Source: Opitutales bacterium (lineage in GTDB: Bacteria > Verrucomicrobiota > Verrucomicrobiia > Opitutales > UBA2987). From it: a stretch of DNA of 64,000 bases. Shown piece after piece: positions 1-11,808 of the stretch; the stretch's first letter is position 1, and each line of letters starts with the position of its first letter. The notes below the pieces were generated by a model. The model searched no databases and had not been told where the DNA came from. It saw only the letters and a list, made by a program, of their open reading frames with translations. The position numbers were made by a program, and so were the translations under genes. Location of the stretch: NCBI GenBank assembly GCA_965226885.1, contig CBDDEL010000012.1, forward strand, positions 224,001 to 288,000. The letters run 5' to 3'.

Positions 1-31
1 ATCCTCTTCCTCATCCCGTATCGGGTGCCGG

Positions 32-2293
32 TTATTTAAATTTGCGTAGTCGCAGGCTGTTGGTTACTACGGATATGCTGCTTAGGGCCATGGCTGCGCT
101 GCCAATCATGGGGTTGAGCAGCCAGCCGGTCCAGGGGTAGAGGATTCCTGCCGCTATAGGCACACCCGCCATGTTGTATAGAAATGCGAAAAAAAGATTT
201 TGCCGGATGGTTCCCAGTATGCGGCGCGATAACCGCACCGCCACCGCCACCCCCTGGAGATCGTTATGGATCAGGGTTATGTCGCCGGCCTCGATGGCCG
301 CCTCAGTCCCGGAGGCAATGGCGAAGCCGATATCGGCCTGGGCCAGAGCCGGGGCATCGTTGATCCCGTCACCGACCATGCCAAGAAGCATTCCCTCATC
401 CTGCCATTGCTTGACCAGGCCGGCTTTCCCGGCGGGTTTTACCTCGGCCAGGTAATGTTCGATTCCGAGCTGGCGAGCGATTTTTTCCACCGCTCCTGGC
501 TGGTCGCCCGATACCAGTCGAATATCAAGTTTCAGATTGCGAATGGTATTGATGAATTCCTGCGAGGTTGGCCGGAGAGCATCATCCACCGCCAGTAAGC
601 CCGCGGCCTTCCCATCAATTGAAACCAAAACGGGCGTTTCACCGGCATGGGAAATTTCCTCAATTCCGCACGAAAGAGCCTCCAGGCCGATATTTCTTTC
701 CTTCATCAAGGGAATATTGCCGATGAGGAGTTTTTGGCCTTCGACCTGCGCCTCGATTCCAAACCCTTCCAGGGCGCGGAAATCTTTTGGCTCGCTGATG
801 GTTAATTCCTTCTCTTTGGCCAACTCGAAGAGGGCCCGGCCCACCGGATGCTCGGAGACGGATTCGGCGCTGCCGCATAACCGCAGGAGCTCATCTTCCG
901 CCATCTCACCGGTGGTCTGGATTCTTAAAACGCGCGGTCGTCCCTCCGTCAGGGTTCCCGTTTTATCCAGAACGATGCCATCCAGTTTGCTCGCCAATTC
1001 GAGGGCTTCGCCATTTTTGACGAGGATGCCCAACTCGGCTCCCCTGCCCATTCCCACCGTGATGGCGGTGGGCGTGGCCAGCCCCAGAGCGCAGGGACAG
1101 GCGATGATGAGGATGGATACAAATACCTGCAAAGCGAAGGGCAGGGTGGGTTCCGGCCCGAATTTCAACCAATAGGCGCCGGCGGCCAATGAAATGAGCA
1201 GGATGGCGGGAACGAAATAGCCGCTGATGACATCGGCCAGGCGGGCAATGGGGAGTTTGGAACTTTGCGCCTCGCGTACCAGATCGATGATTTTTCGCAG
1301 CAGGGTGTCCGTGGCCGCAGATGTCACCCGGAAGCGGAAACTTCCGGTTCGGTTCAATGTGCCGCTGTAAACGGGATCGCCGGGAGCTTTTTCCACCGGC
1401 ATGGGCTCACCCGTCAGCATTGATTCATCAACTGAAGAGGCTCCGGAAATGATTTCACCGTCAAGGGGCAGGATCTCGCCGGGCCTGACGACAACGATCT
1501 CCCCCACGGACACATCCTGAAATGGTATTTTTATCTCGCGGTCCTCCCGAATGACGCTGGCCGTCTTGGGTTGCAGCCCAATCAGGTTGCGCAGGGCGGC
1601 GGTCGTTTTTCTTTTAGCCCGCTCTTCCAGCAATCGGCCCAACCCCACCAGAACGATGATCACCACCGTAGCATCGTAATAAAGATGGGGTGTCTGGCCC
1701 AGTTTTTCCCAAAATCCGGGCGCCGCGGTGACGGAAAAACTGTAAAGATAGGCGGTTCCCGAACCTATAGAAATGAGGGTGTTCATATCCGCCCCAAAAT
1801 GCAAAAGCCGATTCCAGGCGCTTCTAAAGAAAGGACTGCCGGTCAGAATCAAAACACCCGTGGCCAAACCCCAGAGAACCCAGGAATGGCCGGGAAAAAC
1901 CATTTTACCCATCGAAATGATGAGAACGGCGGCAGCCAGGATGGCGGAAAGGCCAAGTTTGAGGAACTGACGTTTGTATTCCCGGGTTTCATCTTTTTGG
2001 CGACGGTTTTCGACTTCGTCCAAATCTGCGGAAAAATCGAGCAATTCAGCCGGGAACCCTTCACCGGCAATTTGGTCGCAAATCCTTTCGGGCCCAATGC
2101 GGCCGGGCTCATAGGCCACCCGCGCTTCGCCCGCAGCCAGATTTACCAGCGCCCGATGGACCCCGTCCAGTTGGAGAACCGATTTTTCCACCCGACCCAC
2201 GCAGGAAGCGCAATGCATCCCAATGATGGCAAATCGATCCTCCCGCTCCGCCTGGGGAACGGCCATTGGCTCAGGAGGGATATTCATTTGCAT
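32..2293 (-). CDS. copA: Cu(I)/heavy-metal translocating P1B-type ATPase
   Basis: N-terminal GMHCASC metal-binding motif, [21 protein letters not shown] phosphorylation site, [17 protein letters not shown] and MALSS Cu(I) motifs. Confidence 0.95.
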   Translation of the reverse strand: MQMNIPPEPMAVPQAEREDRFAIIGMHCASCVGRVEKSVLQLDGVHRALVNLAAGEARVAYEPGRIGPERICDQIAGEGFPAELLDFSADLDEVENRRQKDETREYKRQFLKLGLSAILAAAVLIISMGKMVFPGHSWVLWGLATGVLILTGSPFFRSAWNRLLHFGADMNTLISIGSGTAYLYSFSVTAAPGFWEKLGQTPHLYYDATVVIIVLVGLGRLLEERAKRKTTAALRNLIGLQPKTASVIREDREIKIPFQDVSVGEIVVVRPGEILPLDGEIISGASSVDESMLTGEPMPVEKAPGDPVYSGTLNRTGSFRFRVTSAATDTLLRKIIDLVREAQSSKLPIARLADVISGYFVPAILLISLAAGAYWLKFGPEPTLPFALQVFVSILIIACPCALGLATPTAITVGMGRGAELGILVKNGEALELASKLDGIVLDKTGTLTEGRPRVLRIQTTGEMAEDELLRLCGSAESVSEHPVGRALFELAKEKELTISEPKDFRALEGFGIEAQVEGQKLLIGNIPLMKERNIGLEALSCGIEEISHAGETPVLVSIDGKAAGLLAVDDALRPTSQEFINTIRNLKLDIRLVSGDQPGAVEKIARQLGIEHYLAEVKPAGKAGLVKQWQDEGMLLGMVGDGINDAPALAQADIGFAIASGTEAAIEAGDITLIHNDLQGVAVAVRLSRRILGTIRQNLFFAFLYNMAGVPIAAGILYPWTGWLLNPMIGSAAMALSSISVVTNSLRLRKFK

Positions 2294-2384
2294 TGAACTT
2301 TTGCTTGGAATTTTATGCCGAAATTAGTAATCTTCTTTTATCGAACCTCTTGATCAAATTAAAATTAACCCTGTTTTCCGCGGG

Positions 2385-2792
2385 TTGAGCGATGAAGCCT
2401 TGCTGAACCTGACGAGCAACGTGCGCGCCCTGGATTATTCTCCCGGTAATATTGTAATAACCGAGGGCACCTTGGGGGACACTCTTTACATAATCTCGGA
2501 AGGCTCCGTGGAGGTTTTGAAAAATCTGGACGAGCCTAGGGAATTAGTCCTAGACAAGCTCAAAAAGGGGGAAATATTTGGGGAAATGTCAATCATAGAG
2601 TCGGTTGCCCGATCGGCTTCGGTGCGAGCCTTGGAGGAACCAACGAGGGTTTACGCACTCCATAAATCGGACCTTCATCGCCTTTTCAAGACCGCTCCCT
2701 CCCAATTCGCCATTCTCATTCTGAACATTTCCCGCGACCTCTGCCGCCGGCTTCGCAAGATCGACGATCTCTACGCGGCCAGAGGCGATTGA
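2385..2792 (+). CDS. Cyclic nucleotide-binding (CAP/Crp effector) domain protein
   Basis: EGTLGDTLYII.EGSVEV ... GEIFGEMSII...RSASVRA motif; frame stays open ~15 codons upstream so true start uncertain. Confidence 0.85.
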   Translation: MSDEALLNLTSNVRALDYSPGNIVITEGTLGDTLYIISEGSVEVLKNLDEPRELVLDKLKKGEIFGEMSIIESVARSASVRALEEPTRVYALHKSDLHRLFKTAPSQFAILILNISRDLCRRLRKIDDLYAARGD

Positions 2793-2900
2793 GGAGAAAA
2801 CCCACTATTCAGCATCATTCAAAGTCTCATACTCCATAAATAAAACCGAAGGGCTCAAAATGTATCAAATAGCGCCGGGGCAAGCAAAAAGGCCATCCAA

Positions 2901-3752
2901 ATGAAGAAGATACTTGTTTGCACAGATGGTTCCAATTACGCCCAGGTTTGCTGCCAGTACGCCGCCTGGCTGGCAGGGCGGTCCGACGCCAAAATCGATC
3001 TGCTCTACCTGACCGACATCCGGCAATTCGAAGTGCCCTTCATCGCCGATTTAAGCGGCAGCCTCGGCATCCAGCCCTATCAGGACATCATGAGCCAATT
3101 GCAAGAAATGGAGCGCAAAAAAGCCATCATGATCGAGGAATCAAGCCGCCAGGTACTGGCTGCCGGCGGGCAGGCCGAGGGGATAAATTTTCACCATCGC
3201 ACGGGTCTGCTCATCGATTGCCTGGGAGACTTTGAGAATGATGTGGATCTCGTTATGCTCGGGAAACGAGGAGAAAATGCCGACTTTGCCACCGAGCACC
3301 TTGGCTCAACCATGGAACGCGTTTTGCGGGCGAGCAAGAAACCTTGCCTCGTGACCTCCCGCAAATTTCGGGAAATCCGCAAAATCCTGCTCGCTTACGA
3401 TGGCGGCCAAAGCTGTGGCAAAGCTCTCCGGCACCTCACTATGTCCGGCCAGGAAATCATGGCGGATGTTCAGTTTCACATCGTTACTGTTGTCGAAAAT
3501 AAGGATCAGGCATTGGCCCAAAAATGCCTTGATGAGGCGGAAACGGTTTCCCGGGCGGCCGGTTACGAACCGGTCTGCCAATTGCTGCATGGCCATGTTG
3601 AGGAAACGCTCTCCGGCTATGTCGAAAAAGAAAACATCGACCTCCTCGTGATGGGCGCCTACGGCCACACCCGCATCCGCTACCTACTCATCGGCAGCGC
3701 CACCACCGCCACCATAAGAGGTTGCAAAATACCCGTTCTCTGCTTTAGGTAG
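2901..3752 (+). CDS. Universal stress protein (tandem Usp domains)
   Basis: KKILVCTDGS, DLVMLGKRG, HLGSTMERVLR; second domain KILLAYDG ... DLLVMGAYGH ... LIGS. Confidence 0.92.
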   Translation: MKKILVCTDGSNYAQVCCQYAAWLAGRSDAKIDLLYLTDIRQFEVPFIADLSGSLGIQPYQDIMSQLQEMERKKAIMIEESSRQVLAAGGQAEGINFHHRTGLLIDCLGDFENDVDLVMLGKRGENADFATEHLGSTMERVLRASKKPCLVTSRKFREIRKILLAYDGGQSCGKALRHLTMSGQEIMADVQFHIVTVVENKDQALAQKCLDEAETVSRAAGYEPVCQLLHGHVEETLSGYVEKENIDLLVMGAYGHTRIRYLLIGSATTATIRGCKIPVLCFR

Positions 3753-3766
3753 GCAGGCCTGACAAA

Positions 3767-4141
3767 GTGAAATCTGGCCACCCCGATGTTGTCACGGATC
3801 GCTTTGCTATTGAGATTGACCGTGTGGGCAATTGGAAGGAAGGGCTTGGCCGGGCATACGGCTATGCTATTGATACGGAAAAAATACCGGTTTTAGCCTT
3901 AATGCGCCCCGTCGAAAGGACGGATTTCGAGGCTGCAAACAATGCCGGTGAGCTACGCACACGCTACGCTGAGCGCTTTAGGCATCCGGGTAAGGGTAAT
4001 TGGTTTCTTCGGGTGAAGGTATTGCTTCCTTGCAATAGGCCCATTGGCCCATTTAGGCCCATTTATCAAGGCTTGCCGGTCTTTTTAAGCCTGCAAAAGT
4101 TCAGACTTGTTCATTTTCCAGGCGGCTGCACCAGCCAGTAG
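3767..4141 (+). pseudogene. Probable remnant of a small PD-(D/E)XK-like hypothetical protein
   Basis: PDVVTDRFAIEIDRVGNWKEGLGRAYGYA resembles a nuclease-like D...AIExD..xW.E..G motif; C-terminal part looks non-coding and overlaps the convergent gene. Confidence 0.35.
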
Positions 4142-4698
4142 GGTCATCAAAACGATCATGCCCCATTCGGTGAGGGTGGGGACGGTCTCGGAACTGGCCA
4201 AAATCACTCCCGCGTCGGGCAGGAAAACCGCACTGAAAGCGGATCCTGCCAGTCCGGTTTTGACGGTGACATCATCGGTATCAATGTCCCAATGTTCGAC
4301 GATCCAGATTGAACCGCTCGGCCGGGCAGTTATGAAGTTGTCGAACGCAAAATTGTTGTCTTCATCCTTGGCTACCAGTAGCGTGCCCGTATTGGGAGTC
4401 TGCCCGGTGACGGTTACGGTCCAGCGGTCGTTGGACCCATCGCGAACAGCCATGATCTGTCCCTGCCCGAGGATCCTGCTGCCATCCGCGTCGAAACGCC
4501 CCAAGGGTAGCAAATCGTCGGACATACCTGTGGCGACGGCGCCCACGGGCAGGTAGACGAACGCGATGGGATCTTGCTCCTGCGTGCCGTTAAGCAAGTT
4601 GTCCCGATTGAACACGGTGAACGTGCCATCCGCATTACTGGTATAGGAGGCTACGTTGTCCTCGTTTTTGCCGCCAGTTGTCAGGATAATGTCGTTAG
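4085..4698 (-). pseudogene. C-terminal fragment of an IPTL-CTERM sorting-domain surface protein, 5'-truncated at IS1380
   Basis: Ends VPTLTEWGMIVLMTLLAGAAAWKMNK (IPTL-CTERM pattern); frame is open right up to the IS end at 4699. Confidence 0.8.
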
Positions 4699-6265
4699 CC
4701 CGGATATTTCATGAAGGGTCAAGTTTGGCTCGTTATTGCTATTGGAGATGGATTTCTTTGTATTTTGGGCGGATCGTCTTGATTTTGAGGTGTTTTTCAG
4801 GGTGTAGAGACACTTCCCCCTTTCCCCCATTGGTTCGGTAGCGCCGGGGGCAGCGCCAATGCGCCCTTTAGGTTGGCACCAACCGGCGGGCCGCATGGTT
4901 GAAAAGACTGGCCCATGGATAACTTTCACTTAGATGAAAGTGAATCGTTCGGGTGTTGCGCACGATGACCGCTCCGATCTTGATTAATTTTAGCCGTAGA
5001 CTGTGGCATTGGAGCCGCGCCCACTTCGTCCCTTTTAATGCGAACCGGCGCAAGGCTTCCATCAAGGTGTAGGCCAGCCCCGACAAGAGCAATCGCCACT
5101 GGTTGGCCCACCATTTATGCGCGCTGGTGCGTTCGCTGAACAATTGCATCTGTTCCTTGATCCGGTTCTCCATCTCACCGCGGCCACAGTATACTTTGTC
5201 GTAAAGCTCTTGGGGATCGCCCTGCAGGTTCGTCACCACGAAGCGCGGGTTGGACCCCTGTGCGGTGTGTTCGGCTTTGTGGATGATAAGGCGTTGGCGC
5301 CGCCACGATTTTGCCCCATACTCGAAGTGCTGAAACAGCCGTTGCTTTTTGCCGCTACCCTCGAACCATTGTTTGGCTTGCTCCTGCAACTGCCGGGCCG
5401 CTTGCTGCAAGCGTGCATGGCGGGCCGTTCCCACTATAAAATAGACCTCGTTGCGCTCGCACCACGAGAGAATCCGATCCCGGCAGAATCCGCTGTCGGC
5501 ACGCCAAATAATCCGCGTATGGGGCCAGCTTTGGCGAATCCGTTTAACCAGCAATTTGAGGATGGCCCCGGCATGCTTGCTCGCATCGATCTTGCTGGGC
5601 CGCAGGTAGGCCACCAGAAGCTGATCGCCGCAAAAAACATACAGCGGCAAAAAACAGTAATGATCATAATAACCGTGGAAAAAACGTCCCTCCTGGAGCC
5701 CGTGCACCGGATTGTCGGTGGCGTCAAAGTCCAGGATGATCTCTTCGGGTTCCTCGGCAAAGGATCCGATGAACTGTTCGACCAGCAACTCGTTCAGGGC
5801 AAAGGCTGCCCGCCGATCCTGCCCGTTTTCAAAACGACACAAAGTCGGCGCGCTGGCCAACGCTTCAGTGCGCCCCGTTACCGTTTGCAACAAAGGATCG
5901 CGGCGCAGGGTGTTAAAGTCGTTCAAATCCTCATAGCCCGCCACCAGCCCGTAAACGCGCTGCCGGATCATGGCCAGCATCTCATGGCGCACTTTGCCCT
6001 TCTGCCGTTTGTCTACTAATTGCCGGGCCGCTTGCTCGGTCAAGCCCAACCGCCGATCCACTTCCCGGATCAAAAGCAGCCCGGCATCCGAAGTAACCTC
6101 ACCGCCCTTAAAATCAACCCGCACACGGCGGCCTTTTACCCTTGTCAACTGTAGTTCTAATTGTTTACTTTTTGTCATCGCTGATATTGCTTTAATGTTT
6201 AATCTATCCTGCTGTATATCAGCAGATAAGCATATCAGCGATACTTTTTTTATGAAATTTCCGGG
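4699..6265 (-). mobile_element. IS1380-family insertion sequence, copy 1 (1567 bp)
   Basis: IRs CCCGGATATTTCAT / ATGAAATTTCCGGG; flanks TTAG and CTAA do not form a direct repeat. Confidence 0.95.
4868..6178 (-). CDS. IS1380-family DDE transposase
   Basis: DFKGGEVTSDAGLLL, GYEDLND, LDFDATD, GRFFHGYY, RADSGF, YCGRGEMENRIKE. Confidence 0.95.
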   Translation of the reverse strand: MTKSKQLELQLTRVKGRRVRVDFKGGEVTSDAGLLLIREVDRRLGLTEQAARQLVDKRQKGKVRHEMLAMIRQRVYGLVAGYEDLNDFNTLRRDPLLQTVTGRTEALASAPTLCRFENGQDRRAAFALNELLVEQFIGSFAEEPEEIILDFDATDNPVHGLQEGRFFHGYYDHYCFLPLYVFCGDQLLVAYLRPSKIDASKHAGAILKLLVKRIRQSWPHTRIIWRADSGFCRDRILSWCERNEVYFIVGTARHARLQQAARQLQEQAKQWFEGSGKKQRLFQHFEYGAKSWRRQRLIIHKAEHTAQGSNPRFVVTNLQGDPQELYDKVYCGRGEMENRIKEQMQLFSERTSAHKWWANQWRLLLSGLAYTLMEALRRFALKGTKWARLQCHSLRLKLIKIGAVIVRNTRTIHFHLSESYPWASLFNHAARRLVPT

Positions 6266-6587
6266 CTAATTGACTTATATAAAAAGCATTTGAGTGATCG
6301 CATATATGGACGATCAACGGATCGCCGGACTCTTCTTCAATGGCGCGTAGAACCTTTTTCAACTGTTTCGGAAAAAGGATTAATTTATCCACATACCCCA
6401 CCCATTTCCGTAAAAAAAGTGGAATTCCCGACCAGGCGTTAATGACTGCCGGCGGTTTTATATAATGAACCTTTATGCCCCTCTCCAGCAACGAATCTTT
6501 GAGAAATGAAGAAAATTTCTGCATGCTGTACTGGCCGTCCCCCACATAATTGCCAACCAGCAAAATTTGAAATGGGTATCGATTCAT
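6266..6587 (-). pseudogene. Glycosyltransferase (GT4-like) N-terminal fragment, truncated by IS1380
   Basis: ILLVGNY...SMQKF ... IVHICDHSNAFY then runs into IS sequence; remainder is not on the other side of the IS. Confidence 0.75.
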
Positions 6588-7110
6588 TGACGAGAGGGCC
6601 GCGGCGGCTGTCGGCGTTTAGGGGGCATCCGGTCGGCCGCCAGTGTCAACCCTCCGCCCAGGGCGATAAATCCCATTGTCGTTGCTTGCCCAACCTGCCC
6701 CGTGAGAATAAGAAGCAAGCAGCCCCCCAAAAGAAGCAGTGGAAAAAACATATCCCTCCGGACCGCTCGTATGGCATGTCCGAATAGCTGGAAAACAATG
6801 GCCAATCTAAAGAAAAGGTAGGCGTATCCCAAAAAAACTCCATTTTCCAAAACAATTCTGGACCACTCACCCTCGGCCAGTTGAAAATGCAAACGCCCGC
6901 TTACCAGCCTGGCTCCGACGTTTGTCCCCATTCCAAGCCCGTGACCGAAAAATGGCGCATTTCTGGAGGCAGACAAGCTGCTTGTAAAATCACCGAAAAC
7001 CCTTTGAGTCCAAGTCGTTGCCCGCTCACTCCAAGTGGCATCAAAATCGCCGGTTTCTGTCAATCGACTTTCAAAAGCGATTTCTCCTTCGCTATAGATG
7101 TCCAGGTTCG

Positions 7111-7912
7111 GGTAGTGTATTAAGTAGGAATGGTGGCTAATTCTTGATTATATTGATGAATGAAAAGTCTCAGACAGGTTTCATGCATACTCTTAAGCTT
7201 GGAAAAGGAGAGGGTTTTGCGTGTGAAACGACCCAGTCGTTGGCGCAGGGTATTGTTCCATCGTTCCACATGGGCCGTTTCACCGGTTTCTTTTCCCACG
7301 GATCGGTTATGAGGAAAGACTTCATCATAAGTGCTCCAAAAGTCGCTGTAGGTGGCACATCTTTTGTAGGCCCGTGGCAGACGCTCGTAAAGTTCCCGGC
7401 AACGATACCAATCCCGAGGCCCAATGGCATAGGAGAGGATTTGACGGGTGCGTCGGCAAAGAGCGATCCAAACCCATTGGGCATCGCTCTTGCGCCCCAC
7501 AAAAGACCACAGTTCGTCCAGTTCAATGACCTCATGGCGGCGGGCCGCAAGAATCGTGCTTTTGAGCGGTCGCAGCGATTGTCGTTTTTTTTAACCAACT
7601 CAAAACGGTGTTGGGACTCACCCCGAAGGCGCGCTGTAAACCGCGTAGACTGCTGCGTTCCTGATAGACTCGAAGGATCATTTCTTTTTGCTCTTCGGTG
7701 TATTTCACTGTGGGGTTTTCGCGGCTTTGTTTACCACAATCATGGCAGCGGTAGCGCTGTTTATGGTTGGGCGTCTTGCCAAATTTAATTATATTTTCAC
7801 TTCCACAGTGCCGACAATTAATAATTTTAGTAACCATGCACTAAGAATAAACTGCCTAACGCTATTTGTACAGCTAAAAATACAAAATAACATTCTTTTT
7901 TTATACACTACC
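7111..7912 (-). mobile_element. IS1-family insertion sequence, copy 1 (802 bp)
   Basis: IRs GGTAGTGTAT/ATACACTACC; perfect 8-bp TSD CAGGTTCG (7103-7110, 7913-7920). Confidence 0.95.
7120..7837 (-). CDS. insAB: IS1 transposase InsA/InsB joined by -1 frameshift
   Basis: InsA zinc finger CRHC...RYRCHDC + HTH; A8C slippery run at WLKK; InsB ELDELWSFVG, YSDFW, HVERWNNTLRQ. Confidence 0.9.
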
Positions 7913-8389
7913 CAGGTTCGTAGCCACCATTAAGATAATGCCTATCGGAATTAACAGCCGGATAAGGCGCCTGGGAAGTCTTTTGTTAAAAAGATAAGCC
8001 ACGCCGAGCATTATGAAAACTGACCCGATACTGCCCAGCGTAAGCCGGGAGGAAGAAACCGCTGCGGATATAAAAATCGCCATTCCGCTTCCGACTAAAA
8101 GCGGCATGGAGTAAACTCCTTTCCGAAGCATACCGAAAAGCGCCATCGAAGTCGCTAAAGCTAAAAATTGAGCCGCTCCCGTTATAAATGAAAAATATCC
8201 CGGAGGACGGATTCTGCCCTCGCCGCCACGAATCTGGGCACCCTCTCTACCCCCAGGACCGTAGTTCCAAAAATCGTTGGGATCCGAGAGAAATTGCATC
8301 GCCATTAAAAAAGCCATTGGTATGGATAAAATCAAAACCCAACGTCCCATTTTAATCACGTCATTGATCGTAAACACTTTGGGTATGAC

Positions 8390-9674
8390 TGATCGGACCC
8401 CATCTTTGCTACCACTTTAAGTGAGAGTATTTCCGTAGGTTTGGTATTGTAGGTTTTGCAGCGGGTGGCGCAATGAGGCCGTAGGCCGAATGGAGCCAGC
8501 CGCTGCTTTGTTGATTGTTCGCCAGAGTCTGGCAAATGTATTTGGGGAGAGAAAGCCTAATCGGCTGTGGGGGTGTTTCGCGTTGTATTTGTGTCGCCAT
8601 TGTTCGACCACCACACGCGCTTCGGTCACGCTCAGGAACAGTTCCTGATTAAGGCATTCATCGCGCAAACGATTATGAAAGGATTCTATATGTCCATTCT
8701 GCCAAGGGCTTCCTGGATCAATGTATGCGATGGCAATTTCCTGTCGCTGCAGTTCTTCTTTGACTTGGTGGGCTATAAACTCCGATCCGTTGTCCGAGCG
8801 GATGCACTGAGGTTTGCCGTTCTCTCTTATGGCATCGTTCAATACCTCTACCACATCGGCACTTTTCAGTGAGCGCGCAACCTTAATGGCCAGGCATTGA
8901 CGGGTATGTTCATCGATCAGTGTCAAGAGCCTGAGCGGACCGCCCCGGTCGGTGCGATCCGCCACAAAGTCCCAACTCCACACATGGTTGGGCTGCACTG
9001 CTCGGGTCGGGGTAGCCGTGGATTGGCCCTGCCGGCGACGGCGCTTGCCAGGCGGCCGCACACCCAGTCCTTCGAAACGACGCACTTTTTGGACGAATTT
9101 GCGACTCACGGGCCAACCTTCATGGGTCAACAAAGCGCGGATCCGACGATAGCCATAGCGCGGATGCTTCTTCGAAAAGGCAATGATGCGTGCCACCAGT
9201 TTATGCCTATACTCAGTAGCTTTCTTGGGTTCATACAGGTAGGTTGAGCGGTGCAACCCAAAATACTGACAGGCCCGACGCAGCGAGCACGACCCTTGGG
9301 CCAATACATGCTTCACCGCTTCCTTTTTCTGCTTCGGGCCTACCATTTTTTTGCGTTCACCTCCTTGAGCACACGGTTCTCCAGCATCTGCTCGGCTACT
9401 ATCTTCTTAGGCTGTGTGTTCTCGCGCTCCAGCTCCTTCAGCCGCTTGGCGTCACGCAGCTCCATGCGGCCATACTTTTTACGCCAACGATGGTAGCTTT
9501 GAGGACTGATATTGTGGGACCGACAGACATCCTGAATGCCTTTGCCTGCGTCTACTTCGCGCAGTATCGTTATGATTTGTTCAGGGGTGTATCTTTTTTG
9601 CTTCATAGGTCTTTCCGGTAATTTCTCCAGAAAGACTCTCACTGGCAATGGTAGTGTTTTCGGCGGTCACATCA
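8390..9674 (-). mobile_element. IS3-family (IS407-group-like) insertion sequence
   Basis: Imperfect IRs TGATCGGACCCC..CTACCA..AGTGAGAGT and TGATGTGACCGCC..CTACCA..AGTGAGAGT; no TSD. Confidence 0.9.
8417..9606 (-). CDS. IS3 transposase OrfA (9340-9606) / OrfB (8417-9346), -1 frameshift
   Basis: OrfA HTH ..YHRWRKKYG..RLKELEREN; A7 run at NAKKW; OrfB YGYRR, WSWDF, SDNGSEF, PGSPWQNGHIESF integrase core. Confidence 0.93.
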
Positions 9675-10645
9675 ACTTTTTAAATTTACCGAGGTGATTC
9701 ACCCTGTTTTCCGATAAAGTTTCTAATTGATCAGGATCAGTAAGCAGACGTCTCAAACAATCGGCCAAGGCATCACAATTTCCATTTGGAAATAGAAGAC
9801 CGCACGGTCCGATCGATTCTCTCAATCCGCCATCCTTTGACCCTACCACAACGCAACCACAAGCAATACCCTCCAATGCGACAATACCAAATGGTTCTGC
9901 CCATAAAGATGGAACCACCAATATCCGGTGAGCATTCATCAATTCGCGCAATTCAATTCCCATCTTAACACCAACAAACTTGACCTGCTCTCTCAGGGAA
10001 AGCTTTTCGCATTGAATGACAAGGGCATTCATTTCGGGCCCATCTCCAACTACCGTTAAGTTAGCTCTAACATTTAATTGTTGTAATTTTGATAGCGATT
10101 CAAGTAGTAACCCAAGGCCCTTGTCTGAAACCAATCGCCCCACAAAAATTAGATCGCACGTTCGGGCAACCTCAGAATCTATTTTAAAAATATCATCGTT
10201 ATAGGGATTAGACACGACTATGGATGATGCAGGCAAATGCTCGGTCACTGCTTCACTGATTGTAATACAAGTGCAAAGTTGATGCAATTGGGCTTAATTG
10301 GGCTTTAATTTTTTCCATTAAATTTCTCGATCCGGTGGACGAACCGATCCAGGTTTGCACAGTCACAACAGTGGGACGTCCAATCAGAATATTAGGCCAG
10401 AGTAAACTGAGAGATATATTATTTTGAAAAATAATATCACTCCATCGCATAATTTCAATCAAGGTTTTAAAATCTGGTCTGCGGTAAACCGTATAAGGAA
10501 AATCGTTTGTTGGTCCCGAATGCGTTGATGTGACCAGAATAACCTCGTGCCCCCCCCGCACCCATTCATTCGCCAGAATTTCTGAAGCGATTTCAATACC
10601 GCCGACCGATGGTGTGAAAGCATAACTTTGCAATAAAATTTTCAA
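9675..10645 (-). pseudogene. GT4 glycosyltransferase, frameshifted by 10-bp tandem duplication and 3'-clipped by IS3
   Basis: MKILLQSYAFTPSVGGIE; AATTGGGCTT x2 at 10286-10305; removing one copy gives IKAQLHQLCTCITISEAV ... FVGRLVSDKG ... EPFGIVALEGIACG. Confidence 0.9.
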
Positions 10646-11808
10646 TAGTCCAAATTCGTAATGAATTGCCGCGCAATCCGCTCACGAGTGGATTGTGGAA
10701 TGCCACGTTTCAACCCGCTTGCCAATTTTTTTGCGAAATTTGAATCCAATTTGTGGTATAACAAATTCTCATTAGAAGATGGTGTAGGACCGGATCGCAA
10801 AACCCAGTCATCCCGCAGAAAAAGCACCGGCAATCCGTGATCTACCATGGCAGCCACACTTCCGCTTTTTCCTGCCAATGCTAAGGGTGTTGTCGTGATT
10901 CCGAAGTCCAGAGTTTGCATTATGGTAGATATCGATCCAGAGGACTGTTCTCCCACATTGATAAAATGAATATTTTTACAGTAATGTTTATTTAAATAGT
11001 TCCATATATTCGCACCTCTCTCTCCCATTCTTCCCATAGAAATAATAATCGGAATTTTTTTTAATTTTTTCCAGGTCTTTAATAATTGCCCAAAAACCAC
11101 ATCTGGATTCCAACCGGGATGGATGGTTCCGAAAAAACCAGCCAACACATATTTTTCTCGTTTATTGGCTTCGATTTTAAAACCATTGTAATTCAGCAAA
11201 CGATACGTTTCCTCATAAATGGGATTTGCAACTATCTGTATATTTCCGAATATAGGCAATTCCTCTGCATTGATACCATTCCGGTTTAATAGATATCGAA
11301 AAACTGGATTACTTGTACTAATGATACGGGGTCTGATTTTTCTAATTAATTTAACAATACTTCGTTTTTGAAAATAGCCTATCGCTCTGTCTTTCCAACC
11401 ATATTCCACCGAATCGCCAATCCATATTTCGTGTAGCATAATATGTAATTTACGTCCATCTATGGCTTTTTTAAGTTTGTCCGAAATAGTAAAAACAATT
11501 CCTTTCGGATGAAATCCGTAACCAACAAATTGAAGGCTAACCCATTCGGGGTTCCAGTCTGCCAAATCACGCATAAATTTATTATTGGCGTTCCCATCAA
11601 ATACGTTGTGATACCGTATAGTAGTTAGACCGGATTGTTCATCCATTTCCCTTCTGGAAATCTCCGCTGTATCGATAAAACGGTCCTTCAAAGCGAAAAT
11701 TCTGGATGGATATTTAAAACGATTGCATTCCAATGCAAGAGCTCGAGTATAATCCCCCACCCCATCGTAATTGGGTTCAAGGCATGAGGTTAAAAAAGCA
11801 ATTTTCAT
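10642..11808 (-). CDS. Putative glycosyltransferase (GT-B fold)
   Basis: DGVGDYT, LHEIW, FFGTIH, GKSGSVAAM..HGLPV; AT-rich; within polysaccharide operon. Confidence 0.7.
   Translation of the reverse strand: MKIAFLTSCLEPNYDGVGDYTRALALECNRFKYPSRIFALKDRFIDTAEISRREMDEQSGLTTIRYHNVFDGNANNKFMRDLADWNPEWVSLQFVGYGFHPKGIVFTISDKLKKAIDGRKLHIMLHEIWIGDSVEYGWKDRAIGYFQKRSIVKLIRKIRPRIISTSNPVFRYLLNRNGINAEELPIFGNIQIVANPIYEETYRLLNYNGFKIEANKREKYVLAGFFGTIHPGWNPDVVFGQLLKTWKKLKKIPIIISMGRMGERGANIWNYLNKHYCKNIHFINVGEQSSGSISTIMQTLDFGITTTPLALAGKSGSVAAMVDHGLPVLFLRDDWVLRSGPTPSSNENLLYHKLDSNFAKKLASGLKRGIPQSTRERIARQFITNLDY

Larger units (their letters stand above)
6584..8389 (-). pseudogene. Wzy/O-antigen ligase-like polytopic membrane protein, split by IS1 and 5'-truncated by IS3
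   Basis: Removing IS1 and one TSD rejoins ...MVATNL|DIYSEGEIAFESRL...; RPPGYFSF and GHGLGMGTN motifs; many TM segments; no start before IS3. Confidence 0.75.
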
